IMG/VR virus record: IMGVR_UViG_3300012663_000581
Coordinates: 1-54,545 of that record
DNA from: a virus
Lineage: Duplodnaviria; Caudoviricetes
Reading direction: 5' to 3' (one strand)
DNA: 54,545 nt
In this document: positions 46,524-54,545 of the stretch, piece by piece
How the letters are laid out: each line of letters starts with the position of its first letter
How positions within the stretch are numbered: the stretch's first letter is position 1
The notes under the pieces: generated by a model
Told to the model about the DNA's origin: nothing
The model's input: only the letters and a program-made list of their open reading frames with translations
Databases searched by the model: none
Made by a program: the position numbers and the translations under genes

Positions 46524-46536
46524 GCTGTTTTGGGTT

Positions 46537-49500
46537 TTAACCGATTACAAGAGCCCAAAGATTGGTAATCTCTTGGACTTCAGATGCGCTGAGTAGTTCA
46601 GCACTTTCTGATACAAAGCCAACATAGTCAACTCCGTTAAAGATTTCTGGGATGCTTAGGTCTGTATTGTAACGAAGGTCGCCGAGCTCTACTCCACTAG
46701 TATCAACTACCGTAGGTCCGGCAGGCAGTGCAAGTCCCCCTGTGCCACTAAATTTTACATAACCGTTGCCAGTATTTTGTAAGACTAGTGCTGCATTGGC
46801 AGAGTTGCTAATTTCATCTATGCCTAATGAAATATTATCTATCACCAGTTTACCTGCGCCGTTAGGAGTTAAGTATAGGTCACTGTTAGTAACAGCAGTA
46901 GAAATTATATTAGTTGCAAATGTTGTATTATTATCGATGGTAAGTGAGTTTACAGTTAATCCAGTTGCACTAACTGACATATTGTTTACAGCATTAGTAG
47001 TAAACAATAGTGTGTTATTTGTAGGATGTGCTAATACTGAAGTTTGTCTATTTGCAGAATATACTCCCGCAAAGCTAACTGTAGACGTGCTGTAACCTCT
47101 AAATAAATTGTCAGTTGAATTAAATCTAAACTCGCCTTGAGTTAGAGTTGAGCGATCAGCTGTTGTTCCAACTGGAACTTGTAAGGCAGTAGTAGTTGAT
47201 ATAGTAACACTGCCAGAAGGTATAGTTAAAGTAATTCCTTCATTAAGCGTATCTGTACTGATAGTATTTGAATTAAATTTTATTTTTTCTAACTTTGGGG
47301 CGCCTGTGCTGTTACCGTTTAAAATTAAATTGTTATTGCCAACAGTAGTTGTGATATAATTATCGTTGATTTCTATATCACCGTCCGAGAATATATCTGA
47401 TGTAATAGTTCCAGAGTTAGTCAGTCCGTTAGCTACCAAGGTACCAAATAGTGCTGCTTGGCTTAACTGTAGGTTGTCGTTAACTACTACTTTGCCCGTT
47501 GTGCCCGCTGCTTTTAACTCAAGATTGTCATTTGAGTTTGTAGTGAAAATTCTATTGTCTACAATGTGTATGTTATCAAAGTATACATTGTTAGTAACTG
47601 TTAGTTCTGCTGATACCTCCCTATTACCAGTTTGAGTGTATATACCAATCTGGGTGTAATCTCCGGTTATATCTAATAGTCCAGATATTGATGCATTTTT
47701 TAAACTAGTAGTGTCAGCAACATCTAATGTCTGATCGATAGTAACGTCAGTAAGAACTGTTTTTACTTTACCAGTTCCGTTGCTAGATAATATTATGTTG
47801 GCGTCTGTAACAGTTGTAGATATTTTATTATCAACAATGTTTATATTATTGTTGGTAAAAATGTCCGAAGTAACAGTTCCGCTATTGCTAATTCCATTTG
47901 CAGTTAGCATACCTACAGTTAAATCATTAACAATTCTTAGGTTATCGTTGAACTGAACTATTCCACTACCAGCTGCTTTTAATTCTAAATCATCATTAGA
48001 ATTTGTAGTAAAGATTTTATTGTCAACAATGTGTATATTGTCAAAATATACATTGTTAGTTATATCTAACGTGCCTGTTATCGTACGATTACCAGTTTGT
48101 AGAGTATTACCAGTTTGATAATAATCACCAACGTGGGTTATGTCTGACGGCAATGGTCCTGTAAACGAATAAGTGCCACCTGACGCAAATACTCCGCCTG
48201 TTATAGTAATATCATAGTTAGTAACACCGTCACCTACTACAGAAACTACCCAAGTAGGTTGACCAACTACTGTCCATCCAGGTTGAATTACACTAAACGT
48301 TGATACAGTTTGTCCAGGGGTTAATATTTGCCATCCGTAGAAGAAAAATCCAGTCGGGCTACTTGTGCCTGATAAATTTTGACTTACTTGTGTTAAAGCA
48401 GTGCCGGTTCCAATAACTGTATTTTTTAAGTTAGTAGTACCGTTAACTGTTAAATTAAGATCGAGTTCTACAGAATCATTTGGAACAGATATAATACCAG
48501 TGCCAGCGGCCAACAATCTTAGATTGTTATTACCCACAGTAGTTTTGATATTGTTTAAACTAATTTCTATATCACCGTCACTGAATGTATCTGATGCAAC
48601 TATACCAGAATTGGTTATACCGTTTGTGTAAGTTGTACTGTTAATTCGAAGATTTTGATCTATAGTAACATTATCATTGATGTTAACTATGCCAGTTAGG
48701 GCAGCTTTTAATTGTAAATCAGTGTTGGCGTCAGTTGTGGCAATTGTATTATTGACAAATGACATGCTGTCAAAGTACACACTACTATCTACATCTAATG
48801 TAGATGATATACTTCTGTTACCAGTCTGTAGAGTATTACCTGTTTGTAAATAATCTCCATATTGAGTTAGAGTGCCAGTTATATTTGTAGTTCTTAATGC
48901 AGTAACTCCATTAACTGTTAGGTCTTGATCAAACTTAACATTGTCTTGGCTTGCATAAACTTTACCAGTACCTGCTGCACGGAATTCTAAATCACTGTCA
49001 GTTAGGGTAGTAGTGATAAGATCTAAACTGATTTCAATGTTGCCATTAGAATAAGAATCGGTAGTTATGTCTGTAGTAACGCCTACAGAACTGCCGTGTA
49101 TATTGCCGGTAACAAATAAATTATGGTCTATTTGTACATCTGCAGATGGAATTTTAATTTTACCTGTACTGGCTGCACCTAATTCTAAATTTGAATTTAG
49201 AGTTACTGTGCTAATAGTATCGTCTATAAATGTTACGTTAGCAATTTGTACATCACTGCTTACATCAAGATAGCCAGTTTGATTATAAGTTCCTGTTTGT
49301 CCTGTATCTCCAGTTCTATCTAATAATCCTAAATGATCAATTGTTCCAGTTACTATCGCGGCAGCAGTTAACGCATTGTCGCCTAAATTTGTTATTCCAC
49401 TAACAGTTAGATCTTGATCAAACTCGACATTGTCTTGATTTACAAAAATTTTACCAGAGCCGTTTGCTCTTAACTCAATGTCTGCATTTGTGGGAAGTGT

Positions 49501-51561
49501 AGAAATTGTAGCATTTTCTAATTTGTAACTGCCAATATATGAAGTGTCGAGATAAACGTTATCCCAACGTTTGTTTGTAGGACCGCCTAATGTGTAATCA
49601 TCGTCTGTTACTGGGCGTAAATCAAATTCTACAGGAGCAGTGAATCTAACAATATCAATAAATGCGTTACCAATAGTTAAAGTACCGTCAGCATTAAGAT
49701 TTCCAATAATATCTAAGTTGTTAGATACACTAGTGTTTGTATTTAAATTTATTTCGCCGGTACTGCTATCTAAATTAAGAGCACCTGTTAATGTTGTTAT
49801 TAAATTTTCACTAAACTTAACATTATTAACAGTTACTTGTGTTGCATCAATAACTGTTTCGTCAGTTCCTGCGGCAAAATTAATTGATGTTACTCCGCCT
49901 GCGCTAACTGACACACCGTTAATAGTAACACGCCCGGTATCAAAACTAACACCAAACGCATCTCCAACTTTAAAGTTACCTTTATTATCTAAACTCTGAT
50001 AATAAATCTTACCTGATGCAAGTTCAATGGTTTCGTTGGCTGCTATGTTTAGACTTGGATCGTTTGTAACATCTTTGCCGGCACCAATATAGGCAAAGTT
50101 GTGCTGTATCAAGTACATTAATGTACTTGCACCGTCTGCTTCTGCACCATAGTTACCGTAGACGTTGGCTGAGCCGATACTTCGAATCTCAGCACCAAAT
50201 CTAATGCCTAGACTTGCCAGTCCAAGTGTGCCCTGTGTAGCATATATTCCTCTGTTGGCAAAGTAACTAAAAGAGTTAAGCCATTCAACACGTACACCGT
50301 TGGTTATTACCAGCGCATCTACACCTGGTGTGATAAATGTCACGCTGTGGAATAACATACTAGCTTCTTTGCTAGATGCTGTTGCTATGCTTCCATCAAC
50401 ACGGGCTCCGCCGCCTGCGTCGCCTTGATCAAATCCCCGTGGGTCAGTTAATGAGGTAACACTACCTTTAGTGATAACTGTTATGTTTTGTACATACGGG
50501 CTGCGACTTGTTACTGTAAATCCAGGAGCAAATGAAAACGCATACCCTGGTGCATAAAAGTCTTTAACTGTTAGATCACTAACAGTTGATTCGCCGTTGA
50601 GTAAAAACGCATTGTTTGATTGTGTAAGTAGTGTAGGTTGTACTGTCACTGAACGAATGCCGGTTCCCTTGACAGCCACTCCTACTGGAACAGTTAGGGG
50701 AAATGTTTCAGTATAGGTACCTGGATAAATGTAAACAGTGTCTCCGGCAACTGCTTGACTTAATGCATTGCTGATTGATGCAAATGGTGCGCTCTGATGT
50801 TTGCCTTGTGTGAGTTCAGGGTTAGGAAGATCAGATCCGTTAGTAGCAACGTACCAAATTTTACCGTGTAGTAAGGCTAGGTCAACACCGCCAGATGTAA
50901 TAATTGATGATGTAACTTGTTCGCCGTTAATTAATTCAGTGTATATTCCTTCCCACTGTTGTGAGTTAGAACCTATTTTATAAATTTCGTCTAGATTAGG
51001 AGTTATATCACTGTCAACATCGGAGGCAAATGCAATAGTGTCGTTACTATCACTACCAAACGTAATATTACCGTCAAGCGTAATATTAGAAGATGTATAT
51101 AAGTCCCCAGTGATGTTTAAGTTACTGTAAACATCTAAGCTACCAAACAGTAAAGGATCAACTCCAGTTTGATTTGGACGAATTTCTATTTTTGTATTTG
51201 TAGCAAGGGACGAAATTACATTGTTATTAAAATCTAACTTGCTAGTTCTAATGTTGTTGCCAAAAACAAAGTTACTGGCTGTTAGATTTAAATTATCAGT
51301 TAGTGAAGTTACTGTGCTTCCAGATATTCTAACCTGAGTACTTAACCTAATAGGATCAAATAATTGATCAACTATTAAATTTGTAGTTGTGCTAGTACCA
51401 CTAATCTCCAATGTCTTCGTTGGTACATCGGTATTTGCACCAATACGTCTGTCGCCAACGTTGAGGAACAGTAGATCTGTATCAAATGCTAGTTCGCGGC
51501 CTTCTCGTGTGAGATTATCTTTAAGAAGTTGTCCTGAAATCCTACCTAATGCATTGGCCAT
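46537..51561 (-). CDS. Long tail-fibre-like protein (1674 aa), paralog of the 2227-aa protein
   Basis: Shares LGRISGQLLKDNLTR, the beta-helix core (RSPYV.NITV.TKGS, EA.MLFHSVTFI.PGVD) and the shaft repeats; lacks the LamG-like insert. Confidence 0.8.
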   Translation of the reverse strand: MANALGRISGQLLKDNLTREGRELAFDTDLLFLNVGDRRIGANTDVPTKTLEISGTSTTTNLIVDQLFDPIRLSTQVRISGSTVTSLTDNLNLTASNFVFGNNIRTSKLDFNNNVISSLATNTKIEIRPNQTGVDPLLFGSLDVYSNLNITGDLYTSSNITLDGNITFGSDSNDTIAFASDVDSDITPNLDEIYKIGSNSQQWEGIYTELINGEQVTSSIITSGGVDLALLHGKIWYVATNGSDLPNPELTQGKHQSAPFASISNALSQAVAGDTVYIYPGTYTETFPLTVPVGVAVKGTGIRSVTVQPTLLTQSNNAFLLNGESTVSDLTVKDFYAPGYAFSFAPGFTVTSRSPYVQNITVITKGSVTSLTDPRGFDQGDAGGGARVDGSIATASSKEASMLFHSVTFITPGVDALVITNGVRVEWLNSFSYFANRGIYATQGTLGLASLGIRFGAEIRSIGSANVYGNYGAEADGASTLMYLIQHNFAYIGAGKDVTNDPSLNIAANETIELASGKIYYQSLDNKGNFKVGDAFGVSFDTGRVTINGVSVSAGGVTSINFAAGTDETVIDATQVTVNNVKFSENLITTLTGALNLDSSTGEINLNTNTSVSNNLDIIGNLNADGTLTIGNAFIDIVRFTAPVEFDLRPVTDDDYTLGGPTNKRWDNVYLDTSYIGSYKLENATISTLPTNADIELRANGSGKIFVNQDNVEFDQDLTVSGITNLGDNALTAAAIVTGTIDHLGLLDRTGDTGQTGTYNQTGYLDVSSDVQIANVTFIDDTISTVTLNSNLELGAASTGKIKIPSADVQIDHNLFVTGNIHGSSVGVTTDITTDSYSNGNIEISLDLITTTLTDSDLEFRAAGTGKVYASQDNVKFDQDLTVNGVTALRTTNITGTLTQYGDYLQTGNTLQTGNRSISSTLDVDSSVYFDSMSFVNNTIATTDANTDLQLKAALTGIVNINDNVTIDQNLRINSTTYTNGITNSGIVASDTFSDGDIEISLNNIKTTVGNNNLRLLAAGTGIISVPNDSVELDLNLTVNGTTNLKNTVIGTGTALTQVSQNLSGTSSPTGFFFYGWQILTPGQTVSTFSVIQPGWTVVGQPTWVVSVVGDGVTNYDITITGGVFASGGTYSFTGPLPSDITHVGDYYQTGNTLQTGNRTITGTLDITNNVYFDNIHIVDNKIFTTNSNDDLELKAAGSGIVQFNDNLRIVNDLTVGMLTANGISNSGTVTSDIFTNNNINIVDNKISTTVTDANIILSSNGTGKVKTVLTDVTIDQTLDVADTTSLKNASISGLLDITGDYTQIGIYTQTGNREVSAELTVTNNVYFDNIHIVDNRIFTTNSNDNLELKAAGTTGKVVVNDNLQLSQAALFGTLVANGLTNSGTITSDIFSDGDIEINDNYITTTVGNNNLILNGNSTGAPKLEKIKFNSNTISTDTLNEGITLTIPSGSVTISTTTALQVPVGTTADRSTLTQGEFRFNSTDNLFRGYSTSTVSFAGVYSANRQTSVLAHPTNNTLLFTTNAVNNMSVSATGLTVNSLTIDNNTTFATNIISTAVTNSDLYLTPNGAGKLVIDNISLGIDEISNSANAALVLQNTGNGYVKFSGTGGLALPAGPTVVDTSGVELGDLRYNTDLSIPEIFNGVDYVGFVSESAELLSASEVQEITNLWALVIG

Positions 51562-51580
51562 ATATCGCGCTCCGATACAT

Positions 51581-51588
51581 TATTTATA
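51581..51588 (-). promoter_or_regulatory. T4-type late promoter TATAAATA
   Basis: Exact consensus, 19 nt upstream of ATG 51561, followed by SD GGAG. Confidence 0.75.
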
Positions 51589-51596
51589 GTAGAATG

Positions 51597-52616
51597 TTAT
51601 TGATCAAAACCGATTAATGCTGTGACAATTTTTCCGTCGGGTACTGGACTATTAAATTTCAAATAGTATCCTGATCCTGTAGATGTTGATTCTGTAATAG
51701 TCAATGTAACATCGGCTGCTATAGAATTAGTTGTTGGTTTTCCAGTAAACGTAGCACTTACTAACGCACCAGTATTAGTGTCAGTTGCATAACTTGTAAT
51801 AACGGTACTGGCCTGTAATGAAGCTGATCCAGTTATAGTAGCACTACTAAAGTTTACACTAGGATAAACAGCATCAGTACTGGCAATTTGTCCTGCAAAA
51901 GTCATAGTGTCAACTGTTGTACTGGCAAAACTAACAGATGTTGTATCACATGCCGTTACTGTATATGATCCATTATACGACACTGGAATAAATTCACTAA
52001 CTATTATTGACGAGCCAACACTAAATGGTGGTGCTGCCCGTGTACTAAAAGTTAATGTAACTGTAGTTGCATTTCCTGATGCACCAGTTGCTGATAATGC
52101 GCTGTTAAAGTATAATGTTGTTGCACCAGTGATAGCACTAACACTAGTAACTGGTGAATATACTTCTGCTCCAATAGACGGATTCTGTACAACAGTATAG
52201 TTATGATTTAATCCACTTAGTTGAACAACATTTTCAACTAACACTATCATGTTCTTAGCTATTTGAGTCGGATCCCATCCTGAAGGCAAACTAGCGTATG
52301 AAACAGGGCTTGGGTTAAGTGGACCAAAATAAATTTCTTCCTCATTGCCGGCACCTAAATTTTGCTGTGTAATGATTGTTGGTTCTTTAAATCTAAATTG
52401 GCGCCATGCTCCTGCTTGGTAACCTTCAAACTGATTAGTGTCAGTGTTATAACGGATCATGCCGTTAACTGGAGAGCCCGGGCGATTTGATTCTACGCCT
52501 TTTGGTATTAGCAAATTTTTAGGCGTGTTCATAACAATTGCATCTAACGTTGTTATGGCTAGACGATCATCATAAATTGCCCTACGATTAAGTGTTAACG
52601 TTTTTAGAAATCTCAT
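51597..52616 (-). CDS. Fibre-associated structural protein
   Basis: IPKG....RP...NGMIRYNTDTNQFEGY..GAW module shared with the two long fibres, plus T/S-rich beta domains. Confidence 0.65.
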   Translation of the reverse strand: MRFLKTLTLNRRAIYDDRLAITTLDAIVMNTPKNLLIPKGVESNRPGSPVNGMIRYNTDTNQFEGYQAGAWRQFRFKEPTIITQQNLGAGNEEEIYFGPLNPSPVSYASLPSGWDPTQIAKNMIVLVENVVQLSGLNHNYTVVQNPSIGAEVYSPVTSVSAITGATTLYFNSALSATGASGNATTVTLTFSTRAAPPFSVGSSIIVSEFIPVSYNGSYTVTACDTTSVSFASTTVDTMTFAGQIASTDAVYPSVNFSSATITGSASLQASTVITSYATDTNTGALVSATFTGKPTTNSIAADVTLTITESTSTGSGYYLKFNSPVPDGKIVTALIGFDQ

Positions 52617-52617
52617 C

Positions 52618-52920
52618 TTACACCGCCAATGTGCTTACTGTTGCTGATAATCCTGAACCTGTTGCTAGCCCGTGCAATGCATCACCTGTTGCTAATACCA
52701 TCTTTTCTTGATCAAATGTAACAGTATCTCCTGCAGGTATGACCAGTGCGTTTACAATCAATGCAGTGTTTGCTGTTGCTGCTGAAACTGCATACAGAGA
52801 CAAGTTTAAATCTCCTGCAGTGGTGTTACACACAATCACGGTAGTAATAGCACGTTCTCCAGTCCCGGATGCTAATGCACTTGCTGATCCAGTTGGTACT
52901 GATGTGTTATATAATGCCAT
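52618..52920 (-). CDS. Small beta-rich structural protein (family of four)
   Basis: AITTVIVCN...L.LYAV...IVNALVIPAGDT..FDQEKMVL..GD.L. Confidence 0.62.
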   Translation of the reverse strand: MALYNTSVPTGSASALASGTGERAITTVIVCNTTAGDLNLSLYAVSAATANTALIVNALVIPAGDTVTFDQEKMVLATGDALHGLATGSGLSATVSTLAV

Positions 52921-52929
52921 TTGTTGTCC

Positions 52930-54072
52930 TTAAAATAAAATGCTAAACAATAGTGCTCTATTCTTAGCAACCAATTCGTCCGAGTTACCTTGATTGGTGA
53001 AATATATACCAGTTTTGCCCGGAGCAGGTGTTGTATTTGAATTCGCTGTATAAATTTTTGTTGCTCCAGATACTGTGGCCGGACTTAATCCTGTATCGTC
53101 TAATTGCAATATTGCATTAACTTCTACTGTCCGACTTGTTGTCGCAGTTAAAATTAAATTGTTTGTAGTATTATTAATAGTATTAGTGAATACATTAACA
53201 TAGTCAACATCTAATCCACCTACTGTAAATTTGCCGCGTTCGCTGCCGTCAACTTTAAATGATACTTTACTTGTTAATGGTAATGTATATGTTGGATTTA
53301 AAATTAATCTATAAGGATTAGCTGCATCTTTATCGATACATTCAACACTAGTATTACTTTCAGAAATTGAGTAGTCATCAAAAAATGTTAGTTGAGCAGT
53401 TACAAAGTCTGACAATCCTTGTACGTTAGGTAATGCATCTGGATCAACAACCGTAATAGGTCCTGTTGGCGGAGCTAGGTCATAATTTGTATAACTAAAA
53501 ACATTACGCTCATAGTCTGCTGTTCCTGTAACAGTAACTACACCAGTACCTGGCGCATTAATCAAATATAAATTTTGTCCGTTAGTATTGATGCTACAAG
53601 TTTGTATACCTATTAAGTCACCTGGAGATTCATTTCTAAAACTAAAAGTTCCAGATTTGCTCGTGCCAGACGAATTTAAATGGTCTACATCTTCATCAAA
53701 TAACACAAGCGGGTTACTGCCATAAAACGGTGACAATACATTTGAGTTACCTGGACGATTAATTTTAATGCCAGCTTCAGCGTTAAGTGCTACTGGTATT
53801 CGACCTATTCTTGCGCCCGAGGGTTCGAACCCGCCTTTGTTAATTTCGATAATATTATCCACAACTGACATAGTCTCAGACTGTACAGTTGTTTGAGTAC
53901 CTGCAACTTCTAAGTCGCCAGTGATGTAGACTGTGCCGCGATTAGCACGATCTCCGGTACCAACGTCAAGCGTAATGTCACCACCATAATCTGGATTAGA
54001 TGGATTTCTACTACCTTGTCGGACTGATACTTTATAGTCCCCGTTTGGAACACTGACGACTTTCATTGTCAT
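52930..54072 (-). CDS. Structural/fibre-like protein
   Basis: V.ITGDLEVAGTQTTVQS....V.DNII..NKG...AGI.I.R fibre motif; hydrophobic C-terminus ALLFSILF. Confidence 0.62.
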   Translation of the reverse strand: MTMKVVSVPNGDYKVSVRQGSRNPSNPDYGGDITLDVGTGDRANRGTVYITGDLEVAGTQTTVQSETMSVVDNIIEINKGGFEPSGARIGRIPVALNAEAGIKINRPGNSNVLSPFYGSNPLVLFDEDVDHLNSSGTSKSGTFSFRNESPGDLIGIQTCSINTNGQNLYLINAPGTGVVTVTGTADYERNVFSYTNYDLAPPTGPITVVDPDALPNVQGLSDFVTAQLTFFDDYSISESNTSVECIDKDAANPYRLILNPTYTLPLTSKVSFKVDGSERGKFTVGGLDVDYVNVFTNTINNTTNNLILTATTSRTVEVNAILQLDDTGLSPATVSGATKIYTANSNTTPAPGKTGIYFTNQGNSDELVAKNRALLFSILF

Positions 54073-54085
54073 TTTACTTTCCTAA

Positions 54086-54544
54086 TTACGTATTTTCAAT
54101 CTGAACTACTGCGCCAGACGCTGCCGAGAACGACCACTGGGCACTTTGTCCTGACGAATATGTAGATCCTGCGCTTGTACTTAAACGTGCAACTGCTGCT
54201 GGAACAAGAGTAGCTCTACGAGCAGTTAGTTTAGTTACATAGTATGTGCCACCGCTTGCATCTGTTGCAACAATGTTCATTTCACCGGCGCCATTAGCAA
54301 TGGTTGATTTTAATTTTGCAATAGCTGTAGTAGTTGCATTTTCTACTTTGTAACGAGTAGTTGATACTTGTTTAGTAATATCACCGCGTAGTAAACTGCC
54401 GCCTGTGTGATATGCAAAAGCAACAATAGCGTTCTCGTTATTACCAATTGCACCGCCAACTGTGTAAGATTCTAATACTGCTGTACCAGCTGCTGCACCT
54501 GCACCAAATGTAACTGCTGCATCTGCTGCATTAGTATAGCCAGA
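54086..54544 (-). CDS. Structural protein, 5' end outside the window
   Basis: The 64-aa ORF in the track is only the tail. The frame stays open to the edge (SGYTNAADAAVTFGAG...DITKQVSTTRYKV...GAGEMNIVATDASGGTYYVTKLT). Confidence 0.7.
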   Translation of the reverse strand, partial: SGYTNAADAAVTFGAGAAAGTAVLESYTVGGAIGNNENAIVAFAYHTGGSLLRGDITKQVSTTRYKVENATTTAIAKLKSTIANGAGEMNIVATDASGGTYYVTKLTARRATLVPAAVARLSTSAGSTYSSGQSAQWSFSAASGAVVQIENT

Positions 54545-54545
54545 A

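Noticed and set aside
19341-52933. Many short plus-strand ORFs rich in V/P/L
   Set aside because: Antisense shadows of the T/G/N-rich fibre codons; no independent signals.
53821-53832. GGGTTCGAACCC, resembling a tRNA T-arm or attachment site
   Set aside because: No acceptor stem, D-arm or anticodon arm found; it lies in a CDS encoding GFEP.
1-54545. Stop-codon reassignment, introns/inteins, CRISPR array, integrase
   Set aside because: Genes are long and intact in the standard code with TAA and TGA both used as stops; no splice motifs, spaced repeats or recombinase motifs were seen.

Overview
A gene-dense segment of a large T4-like (contractile-tailed) dsDNA phage genome using the standard genetic code. 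The host cannot be determined from this window. The left end (1-8.4 kb) holds core morphogenesis genes: a truncated tail sheath gene missed by the ORF track, a Zn-finger/HNH protein, a dNMP kinase, two small basic proteins with capsid-targeting-like N-termini, neck/tail-completion proteins (gp13-, gp14-, gp15-like) and a NUDIX hydrolase. From 8.4 to 15.3 kb lies an accessory modification cassette: 2OG-Fe(II) oxygenase, radical SAM/SPASM enzyme, a degenerate GmhB-like HAD protein, two tandem nitrilase-family hydrolases, a NodU/CmcH carbamoyltransferase and a GT9-like glycosyltransferase, partly under consensus sigma70 promoters. From 15.3 to 54.5 kb is a minus-strand block of fibre/appendage genes under T4-type late promoters (TATAAATA/TAAATA), including two ~11-13% Cys proteins and four giant proteins (3482, 2712, 2227, 1674 aa). 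The most striking observations are (i) eight ~150-160 aa helical repeats in the 3482-aa protein, seven carrying the phycobiliprotein-like bilin-attachment motif C-x-R-D, (ii) the enzyme cassette beside the Cys-rich fibre proteins, (iii) a structured ~95-nt leader RNA, (iv) a five-deep nested domain architecture, and (v) a recurring pairing of a hydrophobic fibre C-terminus with a small beta-rich partner gene. All calls come from motif reading only; no database searches were run.
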